Shown here: positions 13,256-26,143 of the stretch, piece by piece
How the letters are laid out: each line of letters begins with the position of its first letter
Numbering within the stretch: position 1 is the first letter of the stretch
Origin: Octopus sinensis
Lineage: Eukaryota
Assembly (NCBI RefSeq): GCF_006345805.1
Contig: NC_043009.1
Coordinates: 17,050,001-17,114,000, forward strand
Length of the DNA: 64,000 bases
Direction: 5' to 3'
The notes under the pieces: model-generated
Seen by the model: the letters and a program-made list of their open reading frames with translations, nothing else
Database searches by the model: none
What the model was told of the DNA's origin: nothing
Translations under genes and position numbers: made by a program

Positions 13256-13735
13256 TACATAAATATATGTGCATAAGTACATACATACATACATACATAC
13301 ATACATACACACATACATATACACATACATATACACATACATACATACATACATACATACATACACACATACATATACACATACATACATACATACATAC
13401 ATACATACACACATACATATACACATACATACATACATACATACACACATACATACATACATACATACATACATACATACATCAATACATCATACATACA
13501 TACATACATACATACATACATACATACATACATACATACATACATACACACATACATACATACACATACATACATACATCAATACATACATACATACATA
13601 CATACATACATACATACATACATACATACATACATACATACACACATACATACATACATACATACATACATACATACATACATACATACATTCACACACA
13701 TACATACACACATACACACACACACATACATAAAT
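13256..13735. repeat. (TACA)n microsatellite, ~480 bp
   Basis: Direct reading. Source of all ORFs between 13174 and 13782. Confidence 0.99.
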
Positions 13736-14565
13736 GGTGGATATTAAATGCAGAATTAATAACAACTCCAATTCCAATGTAGTCTTTTTTGCTCATTATA
13801 CACACAGTGGTTTCATATATACTGTTGCTATTACATACAGGATTAAGAATAACCAATGAAGCTTATTATATAATAGCTAATGCACACAGAAGAAGTAAAA
13901 AGTCCATAGTATAGCAATACACACACACACACGTATATGTACACACACACACACATATGTGTATGTATACACACACGCACACACAGCAGACAGTATTTAC
14001 CTAGTTGTCTGTAAAAATAATTTATTGAAAGAGAATAATTTTGAAATAACTTGTTTAAAAAAGAGTTTTATAAATGAAATTGTATTCCCAAATGACAATG
14101 ATGATGATAATTTTTTTTACACAAGTGAACTCTAAAGATTTTGTTGAGACTGATATCAAAAATGCATAAGTGAAAATTAGAGAAAAAAGCATCTCCACTA
14201 TTGCAAGTCAGACACTGCAATGTCTAAATTTCTCAACTCTGAAAATAACAGTAATATATAAGAGAATGTTGGTAATTTAAAACTGATTAAATATTTTGAA
14301 TACCAACATAAATTTGTACAAATGTGGAGTAACAACTGTATTTTATTTGAACAGAAAATACCGTATGATTATTGATTAAGTTTTCCAAGCATCAGGAGAT
14401 CAGTTGTGTCCCAGATATGAAAGAGTTCATATAACAATATGAAATCAATGAAGGAGCAATCACAGACCAGCATACTTGCCCCCACCAACAATATGCCAGC
14501 AGTTAGTCAATATATCTGTGCTTGAATGTTATTTGCATTTTAAGAAGTATCAAGCTCTTTGAAAT

Positions 14566-14758
14566 TTAACCCTTTAGCATTTAGTCTGACCATATATGGC
14601 CCAAATATTTTACCTGTTAAAACTCACCAGATCCAATCCCTCATACCTACCCTACAATGTCATTTTTTGAAATATACAAACACACCATCGAAATCTTGAA
14701 GCTACAAGATAATGCACGATTAATTCAAAACAATGAAATCTGAATGCTAAAGGATTAA
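14566..14758. mobile_element. piggyBac-type MITE
   Basis: TTAA at both ends with TIR ccctttagcatt / aatgctaaagga. Half copies occur at about 26600-26652 and 33285-33338. Confidence 0.75.
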
Positions 14759-14852
14759 GCATCTCTGAGAGTGGCTTGTAGGAAGCGCCATCCAACCAAA
14801 ATGCAAATATATGGGAAACTACCACCTGTGTCATCTCTTGTGAAAGGTAGGA

Positions 14853-15089
14853 GAGTCCAGTTTGCTCTACAACATGTAGAGCTGAAGACGAGGTAATTTC
14901 TACTCTTCTCCTCTGGAAGCTATCTGCTTGCAATACCAGAGGGCACACACTCTCCTACCCTGATGTAATCTCCAGGGATACAGGCATCCAGCAACAGGAC
15001 CTCCGTAATGCAATGATGGACCGTGAAGTCTGGTGTAGCATGGTAAATTCCATTGTCTCGACCACGGTCGAACAATGATGATGATGATG
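14853..15089 (+). mobile_element. RTE-X-like LINE 3' end
   Basis: RAEDEVISTLLLWK..LSYPDVISRDTGIQQQDLRNAMMDREVW followed by a (GAT)n tail. Confidence 0.75.
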
Positions 15090-15254
15090 CAGACCAAGTT
15101 AAATGAAATTAAGCTTAAGAGATTGCGGTTTGGAAATTGGTGGAAAATAAGATGCAGTTTGAAGCTGACCTAAGTAGAAGGTTTAAAAAAGCTCATTCAG
15201 TCATTCATTCAAACAGACATACATACATATATATGAATAACATATATGAATTTT

Positions 15255-15625
15255 TTTTATCTTTTACATGTTCGAGTCAATAGACCGAGACCATGCTAGG
15301 GCAACACCTTGAAGAATTTTAGCCAAACAAATCAACCTCAATACTTATTCTATCAGGTTCTTTTGCTGAACTGCTAAGTTACATGGATAGAAACTAAGCA
15401 ACACCAGTTGTCAAGCAGTAGTGGGGGATAAACACAGACACAAAGATGCACCCCCTCCACACACACACACACAAACACACACACACAATAGGCTTCTTGC
15501 AGTTTCTCTCTACCAAATCTACTCAGAGGTGTTTGGTTAACCTGAAGCTATAGCAGAAGACACTTATCCAAGGTGAAAAGAAGTGGGACTAAACCCAAAA
15601 TAATTGGTTGGAAAGTAAATTTATG
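15255..15625 (-). mobile_element. SINE family A copy
   Basis: Colinear with 46257-46660, more diverged. Confidence 0.85.
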
Positions 15626-16295
15626 ACCACACTCAAATATGTGTGTATCTATACTATAAGGGAGAAAGCTTTTTATTAATTATGTATGTAACAATTACTA
15701 AAAGTACCAAAAGAAAGCAATTATTAAAGGGTTGACTGCCTGGAAATATTTTTATAAATTCATGTTCTGAGAAATTTCCTATAATTTCGATTTCTCAAGT
15801 TTCTTGAATTTTTTAAACTCCAATTTCTTGCAAATATTCACTGCATCCAATTTCTCACAAATTTAAATATTCATTGCATTCACTGTGGAGTATTCCATTT
15901 CCATTTGCAATGTCTCTCACTTTCTATTTTAAATTTTAATTCGCTATTTGGAAAACCGACAGTTTATTCTGTTAATGTATACATAATGTAAAAACCTTAT
16001 TTATAGAATGAAAATTTTTTTAAATACCCATATAATTTTTGAACGTGGATAGCTGTGAGAAGAGCCTAGAAAGGTGGGTAATTACTATTAAAAGACGTGG
16101 AGGAAAAAAGTTACCGACAAGTATTCAAAACTGGTACTTGAATGTGTGTGTGTGTGTGTGTGTAAGTGTGCTCACTGACAAAACTTTGTTCTGCATCACT
16201 TTTTTGAAGTTTTGTCAGTGAACAGGCTGCGGTTTGAAAGTGACGAAAATATTTTGACACAAATATAATTTTAATGTTACAGTGAAACTGGTAAT

Positions 16296-16505
16296 ACTTA
16301 AATACAGAGGTCCCTTAACTGTACTACTTAAATACAGAGGTACTACATAAATATAAGTGTTATATACAAAACATTTTAAATGTACACTGTGTGGACGTGT
16401 GATGACATCCTAACCCTAACTAACCCTAAAACTAACCCACCCCTTCATATCATTACATAGATGAATCGGGAGCCCTGCATTTAAGCAGGACCTCTGTATT
16501 TAAGT
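16296..16505. mobile_element. Small inverted-repeat element with internal telomere-like CCCTAA motifs
   Basis: acttaaatacagaggtcc (16296-16313, partly repeated at 16326) is the exact reverse complement of 16488-16505. Internal cctaaccctaactaaccctaaaactaaccc. Confidence 0.6.
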
Positions 16506-18488
16506 TGTGCTGTGAAACTAATGGTTTTTGTGTGTTCTTGAATAGCTTACAAACATCTACACTGCAATTGTTTTTGTTTCAGCACATGATTTCAGATCAA
16601 GTCATTTGCTATGCAAGTACATCTCTGTAATTTTTTTAAATCCCTGTGGATAAATGCCATCAATGACTTTCTCAGGCTCTCCAATATTTTAATTTCTTAA
16701 TAGAAACAATTGGAGGTAGGGAGTGGGGTTGCAAAAAATTCATAATTTCTCAAATTTTCTTTTTGATAGCATATAAATGTATTTATGGGGGGAAATATTG
16801 AAAAACATCAATACATGCAAGACTGATAAAGAACTGAGGAGGGTTGTCTTTGGATGTGATAGAAACAACAGCCAAATCACCCCTAAATCACTCCCTCTGA
16901 AAATATTAACAACTTTAAAAATTTTTTTACCAAAAATGTTCTCATGGTTTTGAAGTGCAAAAAAAAAAATTGGCTAAAATAGGTCCAGAGTGAGATGATG
17001 AGAGTGGTGGGTGTAAAAAAAAGAGTTTTCAAAACTTTTTCATACGAAGAAGCCCCACAACCCCATCATTTTGAAGGCTGTGGCTTAAAAAAATGGGGAA
17101 AATCACTGAAAACATCTTCCCACAGATTTCTTTATAATCTATGCTGTTTGAAAGGGATTTGTATAAGTTTTCATTAAAGGATACCCATCTTCCTGAAAGT
17201 TTTGAGGGAAAAAAGTCAGCTCGTTTGAATTTTCTGAAACTCCTTTCTCCACCCCCCCAGAAAAATTATTTCCTATAATATATATTCTTTACTATATACT
17301 CTGAAGCCACAACATCTAAGCAGTATTTGTAGACAATTTTGTTAAAAAGTATCCATTTTTCTGGATGTTATGAGGCAACAAAGTCAGGGGCGTATACATC
17401 TGTAGTAACACCCTTTTGTTTATACGAATTTTTCATTTCATGTTTATTTCATTCATTGTTTGCAATGTTCTCTCTCTCTTACTCTCTAACCCCCCCCCCC
17501 CACACACACACTGCAAAGCTTACAGATGGGTTGCTGAACTGAAATCTCTATGTTGCTTTGAGAGGAAGATAAAACTTGACAAACTGCTTCCCCCTGTTGT
17601 TGGACTACCATGATGCTTGTTTAAAAAAGAGAGATTATGACTGTGATAAAATATAAAAATTATTTGAATTGGGAATCAAATGTGAGAATATTATCAAGTG
17701 GCTAGCAGTCTTCCTGCTAGTTTATATAATACAGATATATATATGTTTAATATATTTATATAATATATATATATATATATATATATTTCATTCACAAACT
17801 CCCATAGACAACATGGACTAACTCTTCTTAAGAAAATAAGAAATTACAATAATTTCAATGTCATGATTAATGAAAGTGAAACCGGTCGACTAACTCAATA
17901 CTCTTTCACTTATAAACTATATCAAAAAATATATTAAAACTATGTAAACTGTGTACATTTTTCTTCTTTTATTTTATATATATATTTCTTGCATTACTAC
18001 TCCCACGTGGGGATAATCAGAATTCTCTTCCTCACTTTTTCTTATTATATATATATCATCGTGACCAATGTGACAGACCAGGTTATAAGATGTTGCTACA
18101 CATCACTGGTCACAATGCGCTTCACATTGTTTTAGCCTTCAAATGACGCCACCTTGCTGGCTAAGCGAGCAGGCCAACAGAAGAATGAGTGAGAGAAAGT
18201 TTTGGTGAAAGAGTAGAGCAGGGATCGCCAGCAACCCTTGGTGGAGCCTTGTGGAGCTTTAGGTGTTTTCATTCAATAAACACTCACAACGCCTGGTCTG
18301 GGAATCGAAACCGCGATCCTACAACCGTGAGTCCACTGCCCTAACCACTGGGCCATTGTGCCTCCACACTATATATATATGAGTGTATGTATATTCCTAT
18401 ATAAATAAGGATAAGATCATTATTTAAATAACGATCAAATCAAGTGGCAGCATGGGAAGGAAAAACCTTATAGGTTATGATTATTATC

Positions 18489-18992
18489 AAAATTATAAAT
18501 AAAGGTATCTAAGAGGTACCATCATACTTGAAATAGCAGTCAAAACCTGACTCTAAAACCACATTATGTATTCAATACAGCACAAGGTGAAAAGACAAAG
18601 AAATAAATGAACGGGTGAAAAACTGGATAATTCCAGACCCTGGGTTTCTGGCTCTGTATAAAAATACTTTGCCTTTGTCAATGAAATATATCAAGAATTG
18701 TACATAATTACATATATATATATATATATATATATACATACACACAAAAACATAAGTATTTGTATGCTTGTATGCATATAATATATATGTAATTCTTGAT
18801 ATATTTCATTGACAACGGCAAAGTATTTTTATACAGAGTCAGAAACTCAGGGTCTGGAATTATCCAGTTTTTCACTAGTTCATTTATCCCTTTGTCTTTT
18901 CACTTTATGCTGTATTGAATACATGATGTGGTTTTAGAGTCAGGTTTTGACTGCTATTTCAAGCATGGTGGTATCTCTTAGATACCTTTATT

Positions 18993-19001
<9 letters not shown>
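18489..19001. mobile_element. Fold-back/MITE-like element with ~220-bp inverted arms and a (TA)n/(CA) spacer
   Basis: 18489-18720 is the reverse complement of about 18781-19001 with scattered mismatches. Confidence 0.85.
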
Positions 19002-19036
<35 letters not shown>

Positions 19037-19038
<2 letters not shown>

Positions 19039-19478
19039 AAGAAAGAGGAGCTAGTCAAGATTTGGATAAAAAATAATTTATCACTTTTGTTCTGTATAGG
19101 GATTTATCATGAATGATTGCTCATAGAAAATTCATACCTTTTATATACATGTGAGTTACTTGAAAAACTTACAACACACACACACACACACGCACACACA
19201 CACATACACATACACACACACACTCACACACACACAGAGCCTTACAAGCACATATAGATTCAAAATGACAAAGAACCACTCAAATAACCACTCCCAAAAC
19301 AACCTTTTCCTAAAACTCAAGAAAACAATTCAACTCCAGATCTTTTTTCAATTAACTCGTATATATTTATAATTGGTTTGAATTTTCTATAAGAAATCAT
19401 GAATGATGAATCCTTAAAAACATGAAATTGGTAAATAAATGTTTTTTTATACAAATCCTTATTACCCCCTTTTTCTTA
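19037..19478. mobile_element. Second, older fold-back element with ~110-bp inverted arms
   Basis: 19037-19146 versus the reverse complement of 19368-19478, roughly 75-80% identical by eye. Spacer contains (CA)n. Confidence 0.65.
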
Positions 19479-20392
19479 ATGTATAAAATCTACACACCAA
19501 TTCAAACAATCTATACATCATCATCACTTAACATCCATTTTCCATGCTTGGGTTGGATGGTTTGACAGGCGCTGGCAAGCCAAAGAACTGCACTAAGTTT
19601 CACTTTCTGTTTTGGTAAGGTTTTTATGATTGGATGTATATATGTGTTTGTGTGTGTGAATCTATATGTATAAATATGTATAAATGCAGAAAGAACAAAG
19701 TTTGACAAATATAATTTACTTTAACACTTTAGATGGAGAAAAAATTTTAGCAGTTTGGACATTGAGAAAGAAATAGTAAGAGAGTTTAGAGAGAGAGATA
19801 GGGAGAATACGAAAAAGGATGAGAGGAGATAGGATGGAGGTGGGAGGTGTTCTAATGGGGATGAGCAATAAAAAAGGGTGGAAGGAATGGATGTGTAGAT
19901 CCACGGAAGAAAGCATAGGAGAAAGTGGCTTGTGAGTGTCTGTGTGATGTATGTATGAGTATAGATGTGTGTAAGATGGAAGTACTGAGGTGCTGGTTAG
20001 TGAGGGGGGGGGGTCAATTGTTAGTGGAGTAGTGTGAAAGTGTATGTGAAGATGTAAGAACCTGGATGTGTGTGTGGGGGGGTACGTGAGTGAGAGAGAG
20101 AGAGGGAGTGAGAGAGAGAGAGGGAGAGAGAGAGAGAGAGAGGTATTGATGAAGCACATAAGATTGCAAAAGCCAGGTGGAAAGTGTTATTGATGTGTGT
20201 GCAAGAGCATAAACAAAATTAGGCTGGAAAAGTGTTTTTCCAGGCATCTGACCTTGGAACAAAGAGAGAAGGTTAACGTTATAATTCAAAACTGAGGGAA
20301 AAAAGTCTAAGATTGAAACAGATGCAGCTAAATAGATTTTAGTGGAGCCACAAAGTTTGTGAAAACAGAAATCATTAAAACAAATTACTTAC

Positions 20393-20584
20393 ATGGAACA
20401 CATTTGGCTGATTCCTTAGCCCAGGTTGATGAAGGAAGACAATGGTTTATAGCATCTCCAACTAATTGATATCCACTTGCACATTTTGTCAGGCAAAAGG
20501 TGTTCACAGGAACAGTGCTATTTTGACAAATGGTTGGCTCCAAAGTGGCATGAGGGGTGATACTCATTTTAGGACATGATTTGG
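20393..20584 (-). CDS. Coding exon, Sushi/CCP domain 5
   Basis: tttcag acceptor and gtaagt donor, 192 nt, phase 1-1. (A)KSCPKMSITPHATLEPTICQNSTVPVNTFCLTKCASGYQLVGDAINHCLPSSTWAKESAKCVP. Confidence 0.93.
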
Positions 20585-21394
20585 CTGAAATGAAAATAGT
20601 TATTTGAAGTTAAATACACCAGATATTTTGGTGAAGGAAATAAAAAAAAATGAAATTTTAAGAAAGTAAGAATGTTGTCAGATTGCTTCCATTGTTTTCC
20701 TTCTTCTATTCTTCAGCTTTTATTTTCCCATGACATTCCAATTTCTATTATTTCCTACATCTTAATATCAAGAATAAAAGAAAGGTTTTATTAATATCAG
20801 TTCAATACCTTGCTTATGCACCATTTAATAACTTGGTAGCTTTCTAACTTGGATGCTGGCAACAGCTACTGTTAAATTGACCCGGCAATGAGTTGATCTA
20901 GCAATGAATTAACTTAGCAATGAGTTTACCAATGATGAATTGACTGAACACCACAAACACAATATTCTAAAAGAATGTTCCAGATTTCTCTCTTTCGTAA
21001 GGCATGTCATTTACCAGCATCTACCAGACAAATACAGCAGACATTTGACAGCATTATACTAACTTCAGTTGTGGCAAATCTAGTTTCATCTTTTACTTTT
21101 TTTTATATATAACTTACTCATTGCAGGCTATTTCCTCCCATCTTTCACAATCATACAGTATCATTACCTTTAGTATTCCTTCATTATATACAGAATCACA
21201 ATTCTGACACAACATCTTTTACACTATCCATTCTTCCTCACTTATATCAAATCCCTTATATCCACAGCTCATACCAAACACCATAATACATCACAAACAA
21301 TCCAACTTTCAGCAACAAAAGAGAATTTACATTTAAAAAAAACATCTTTTTATGATTGGCAAAATATAATTGAAAAATCTAGTTGTATATTCAC

Positions 21395-21592
21395 CTGCAC
21401 ATGTTGCTTGTTTCTGAGACCAAGACCCATTTAACAAACATTTTACAGACTTTGTGCCATTAACTGTGTATCCTTTCAAACACTTCACCTTGCATACAGT
21501 TCCTGGTTTTATACCAGTTTCATTAGGGTATTGACAAGAGGCTGGTATTAACTGACCATTTTCTGGAAACACCAAGCTTGGACAATGTGATG
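21395..21592 (-). CDS. Coding exon, Sushi/CCP domain 4
   Basis: aaacag acceptor and gtgaat donor, 198 nt, phase 1-1. (A)SHCPSLVFPENGQLIPASCQYPNETGIKPGTVCKVKCLKGYTVNGTKSVKCLLNGSWSQKQATCA. Confidence 0.95.
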
Positions 21593-21789
21593 CTGTTTTA
21601 AGAATGGTAAAAAAGATCAGTCAGTTAACCATTTCTGTATATAGAATTACTTATGTATAATAGACATTTTTATCAAAGAGGCATGGACTGAAAAGCTCTA
21701 CCATATGAGGTTCTGTGCATATATATTTGTAACAAATATGTTTATATAAGACTATATGTAAGGTGTATGAAGTATATGTGGTATAAAAG

Positions 21790-22190
21790 CTATAAGTGTG
21801 AGGGTGTGGCTGTGTAGTAAAAGGGTTTCTTCCCAACTACATGGCTTTGGGGTTCAATCCTGCTACATGGCACCTTGGGAAAGTATATTCTGCTACACCT
21901 TTTGACTGACCAAAGCCTTGTGAGTGGATTTGGTAGACGGAAACTGAAAGAAGCCTGTCGTGTGTGTGTGTGTGTGTGTGTGTGTGTTTCTTTGTGTCTG
22001 TCCCCCACCACTGCTTGAAACCAGTGTTGGTGTATTTACGTCCTCATAACTTAGTAGTTCAGCAAAAGAAACTGATAAAATAAGTACCAGACCTAAAAAA
22101 CAGTCTTGGAGTCAATTCATTTGACTAACAATTCCTGAAGGCAGTGCCCCAGGGTCTTATGACTGAAAGAAGTAAAAGATAAAAGATACA
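21790..22190 (+). mobile_element. SINE family A copy, followed by a 5' fragment of another
   Basis: Colinear with the family. A second head starts at about 22195. Confidence 0.9.
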
Positions 22191-22494
22191 TATAGGCACA
22201 GGCATGGCGGTGTGGTAAGAAGCCTGCTTCCTAAAAACATGATTTCGGGTTTGGTCCTACCATGGGACACTTTGGGCAAGCATCTTCTACTAGATCCTTC
22301 AGCCAATCAAAGTCTATCATAATTCCCATTTTCCTTACAAAAAAAGTTGTTAAAAGGTATTTAAATATTGCATAAGATAATTTTATAAATTTATTTAGAC
22401 TATCTAAATACAGAAAGTAGTATAAATGATAATTGAGAAATGTACAAAAATCATAAAACATTTGCAGAACTTCAGTATATACAATGTTTTTAAC

Positions 22495-22810
22495 TTATTT
22501 CTTTGAAGCATCTGTGAAGAGTTCCTGTGGGTTTCCTACTCTGGAACAACCTACATACAATTAACCATTGGCTTCTAGAAGGAGACTGACAACCTGCAGT
22601 GTTTGACCTGGGAATTGCAATCGTTTGAAATGAAAGAGGATATCTGTTAGTATTAGTGATATTCTAGGTATAAATACGATGCCTCCCCTATCGCATCCAG
22701 TGAAGATTTTTGCTTCAATGTGAGTCTGTTGTTCAGGCACAACCATACATGTACCATTGCTCAATCTTGGCTGATCCAGGTTTCTGAGAAGCATGGCTGA
22801 TGGCAGTAAG
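22495..22810 (-). mobile_element. Helitron PIF1-like helicase C-terminal fragment
   Basis: MLLRNLDQPRLSNGT..IEAKIFTG..VFIPRISLILTDILFHFKRLQFP..GQTLQVV..YVGCSRVG. Confidence 0.9.
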
Positions 22811-23020
22811 TTGTGGTTGTGTTGGTAGTAGTGGTGGCAGTATAGATTAATAGGTATTAGTGGTTGTGGTGGTAGTATCGGTTGCACAATTTAAATATTC
22901 TAAATAAATGTTAATCCCCACTCTGTCTCACTTGTTTTTTCTCTCTAACCCACTTTCTATCTGTCTCACATATTTTGTCTCTTGGGAAAAAAGAGGTTGA
23001 GGTAGTGAGAGAGATATACA

Positions 23021-23590
23021 CACAATTATCTGCAGAATGGTCAATTGATTTAGCATGACAAACCTGAAATATTATCAATTTTATTTAGTGTTTTCAGTGG
23101 TCAACGTAGAAATAAACAAACCTTGCTTTTTATTAGGATATATAGACATTATGTTTAGATATACAGTATGTGGATTGCTAGACATAGGAACCAATACACC
23201 ACCAACTCCCCACCCCCGCCATTCCGTTTGTGGAAAACAAACACACAGTTGTCTGCGGAATGGTCAATTTAATTTAAATGACATGTAAAACATGAAATAT
23301 CAGTTCTATTCAGTGTTTCCAGCGGTCAACATACAAACAAACTGCTTTTTATAAGGATAGAGATATGGACATTATAGTAAAATAGACAGTACACGGATTG
23401 CTAGAAAAAGGAGCCAATTCACCACCAACTCGTCCCCACTCCCATTCAGTTTTTGGAAAATAAGTGCACAGTTATCTGCAGAATGATCAAATTAATTTAA
23501 ATAGCACGAAAAACCTGAAATATTATCAATTTTACTTAGTGTTTTCAGCTGTCAACATACAAACAAACTTCACTTTTTATAAGGATATAT
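23021..23590. repeat. 223-bp tandem repeat, about 2.5 diverged copies
   Basis: Motif caca(a/g)tt(a/g)tctgc(a/g)gaat recurs at 23021, 23244 and 23467 with colinear downstream sequence. Confidence 0.9.
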
Positions 23591-24002
23591 AAAAATCACC
23601 TGAGTAATATCAGAGGGCATACCATAGTTACTCACCTAGACAAGAATGACCATCAGATGTTAAGTTGAGTCCATCTGGACATTCACAATGATAACTGCCC
23701 ACTTCATTGATGCATATGTTGCTACACTGCCCATTGTGGGTTTCACATTCATTGATGTCTGCAAAGGATGATATGACAATATCAATATTACTGGTTAGAT
23801 TTTAGAGGGGAAAACTACACTAACATGCTGATGACAAACTTTTACAGATTTGTCTCTGCTTACAGAATACAGGAATTGACTGTTACTTTGAAATGGCAAC
23901 TGAATTGTGGTAATGATGAGGGATTAATTTGAGGTGGGAGAGTGTTTCTATTGGAGGGATTCAATTGATGTGAAGACACTCAGTGTAGGCTCATTATTGT
24001 TA

Positions 24003-24892
24003 TACAAGGGGGCACCTCACAGTAACTGGAAACGTTCCCTGTGGGACAAACCCATTGTAGTTCAGGCTTCTGCCACTATAAACCACATGATGCAACCCCC
24101 AAACATAAGCCTGCCGACCAGCAATGGTGGTTGTGGTCACACTGCCACGTGATGCATCTTTGTTTTGCAGTGTTTCTACCCTGTTCACAGATTTTAGCAA
24201 TGGCTGAAACAAAAGAACAGCATGCTTCTGCTTTCTGCTGGGGAAAATGGTGGCTGAAACAGTTCTCATACTTCAAACAGCTTACAAGGACACTGCTATG
24301 AACATAACACAAGTTTAAGAGTGGTTTCCATGTTTTAGGAATGGTCACTTGTCGCTTGAAGATCAACTTCGTTCAGGATAACCAAAACCCTCCTGAACGA
24401 ATGAAAACAACATGAAGATTCATGAACTGATCTTGGAGAACTATCACCAAACAATTGATGATCTTGTTGATATGACTGGTATGTCCTGAAGCTCCTGCCA
24501 AAGAATTTTGGTCAAGGAATTGTGAATGAAAAAAGTTGCAGCAAAATTTGTGCTTGTTTGCTCATGGAAGACCCAAACTGAATGCCTGTCATGAACTGAA
24601 AGAACACTTGGAAGTTGATCTGGACCTTTTTTTCAAAAGTCAGCACTGGTGATGAAAGCTGGTGCTACAGAATTTGTCTATGTGGGAGAGGTGGAGGAAA
24701 AAACGATGGAGGCATTAAAAGGCAACCCTTTGCAAGAGCTTCTGCACTGATTTGAATAGTGGAAAATGTGCCTGGACCAATGCATTACTTCAAATGAAAA
24801 ATACCTTGAAGGTGATAGAAGTGTAAACATGTAAAACTAAGGGAACAAAATAATATTGCAAAATTCCGGTATTATTTGGGTACCCACTCAAA
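24003..24892 (+). mobile_element. mariner element with degenerate TIRs and internal deletion
   Basis: ETVLILQTAYKD..EWF..FRNG..SLEDQLRSG..TIDDLVDMTG..MKKVAAKFV..STGDESWCY, then the C-terminal CLDQCITSNEKYLEGD. Ends resemble TACGAGGGG..AATAACCGGAAT TIRs. Confidence 0.88.
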
Positions 24893-26143
24893 TGACCAAT
24901 AATGAAAGGCAAACCGAGAAGAAAGAAGATGAAAAGAAAAAAGAGGACCATTTTCAAATTGAAGTTCCAGCTCTATTCAGTATAAAAATTTTACAGAAGC
25001 CAATATGGTTGCCTTTATACTAGAAATAGTAATCATATTTCCCTTAAATCACACCCTACTGTCTTTAAAAATAGGGCCGGATGGGTATTCCTGAAATAAC
25101 TTTTATCATAGGTGCCTACTCAAAGGTAACCTGAGGCTAAATAACAGCAACGAAGATTTTACAAATGAAGAATTTTACTGTAGGAGTCACTTTGATTGGT
25201 AGAAACATCAACTAAATCTCCTTCAAATTACATCTTAAATATCTTAGGAAAGAAAGATATACACTATGCCTGAGGCAAAAATAAAGTAGTCATGACTGAA
25301 TCATCTTTTATGGTAGGTCTGCTTACTCAGAGCTGATCTGAAGCAACAAAAATTGCAAACATTTGGAACAGTTGTAACATTTCGATGTCATAAATGATTA
25401 GAATAGTCTTCCAAAATCAATCTAGGAATCACATTAAATATTCTCCAAGATTAGATGATTCACTTTTATAGATGATTCCCTTTTATAACTTCCTGACATA
25501 GCATATATATAGTCATTTCACTAGTCGAATGTATTTGTATTTCCTTTCACAGGTCCCTTAATAAGAATATGGTACAAAGTAATGGACCAAACATTTTGTA
25601 ATTATGTCAAAGAGTGGTGAATGCTTTCCAGTTTAGCAGAAGAAAATATGAAAGTTGTACTTTCCATGATTTTTGCAGGTTCATTTGTAGTGTAAGGAGA
25701 ATGGGTAATAGCAAGAAATGAGATAGAGAAAGTAGGTTACAGTCTTAATTTGTTAGGACATTTAATTGTACCAAAAGTTTTCTGTAGTAGGGGATTTGAT
25801 AACCTCAGTAATGTCAAGTGAGGTGAGCAAGGCCATGGTCTTAGATTTAGTTTCAATTCCATGTTTTGGCTAGTTTGCTTTAACTCCTTTGAAATAACAT
25901 AAATTAACTCCCATTTTCTCTTCTTTGAAATTAAAGGAAGTATGATTCATATCATGAAATCTAAAATATAAAATGAGAAAAAGTTATTTCTCAAGTTCTA
26001 TTCAAGTCTAGCATTTCATGTTTCTATTCAAATAATTTCTTGGAGCATCTATTGTTTTGTCTTTCTAGTACTGTTAAAATAGGAACCAGCAGTTTACTGA
26101 TGCTGACTTAATTTCTTTTAACCCTTTCTCTAAGCATTACAAA

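Noticed and set aside
13174-13782. Long ORFs such as (MYVC)n and (HTYI)n on both strands
   Set aside because: They are translations of the (TACA)n microsatellite. The same applies to ORFs over the (CT)n, (CA)n and (TA)n tracts at 4.8-5.1, 37.0-37.4, 57.7-58.0, 60.9-61.3 and 63.7-64.0 kb.
25690-25800. IKC..RL motif resembling a decayed Sushi exon
   Set aside because: Only an 11-nt match, with no convincing exon end or donor.
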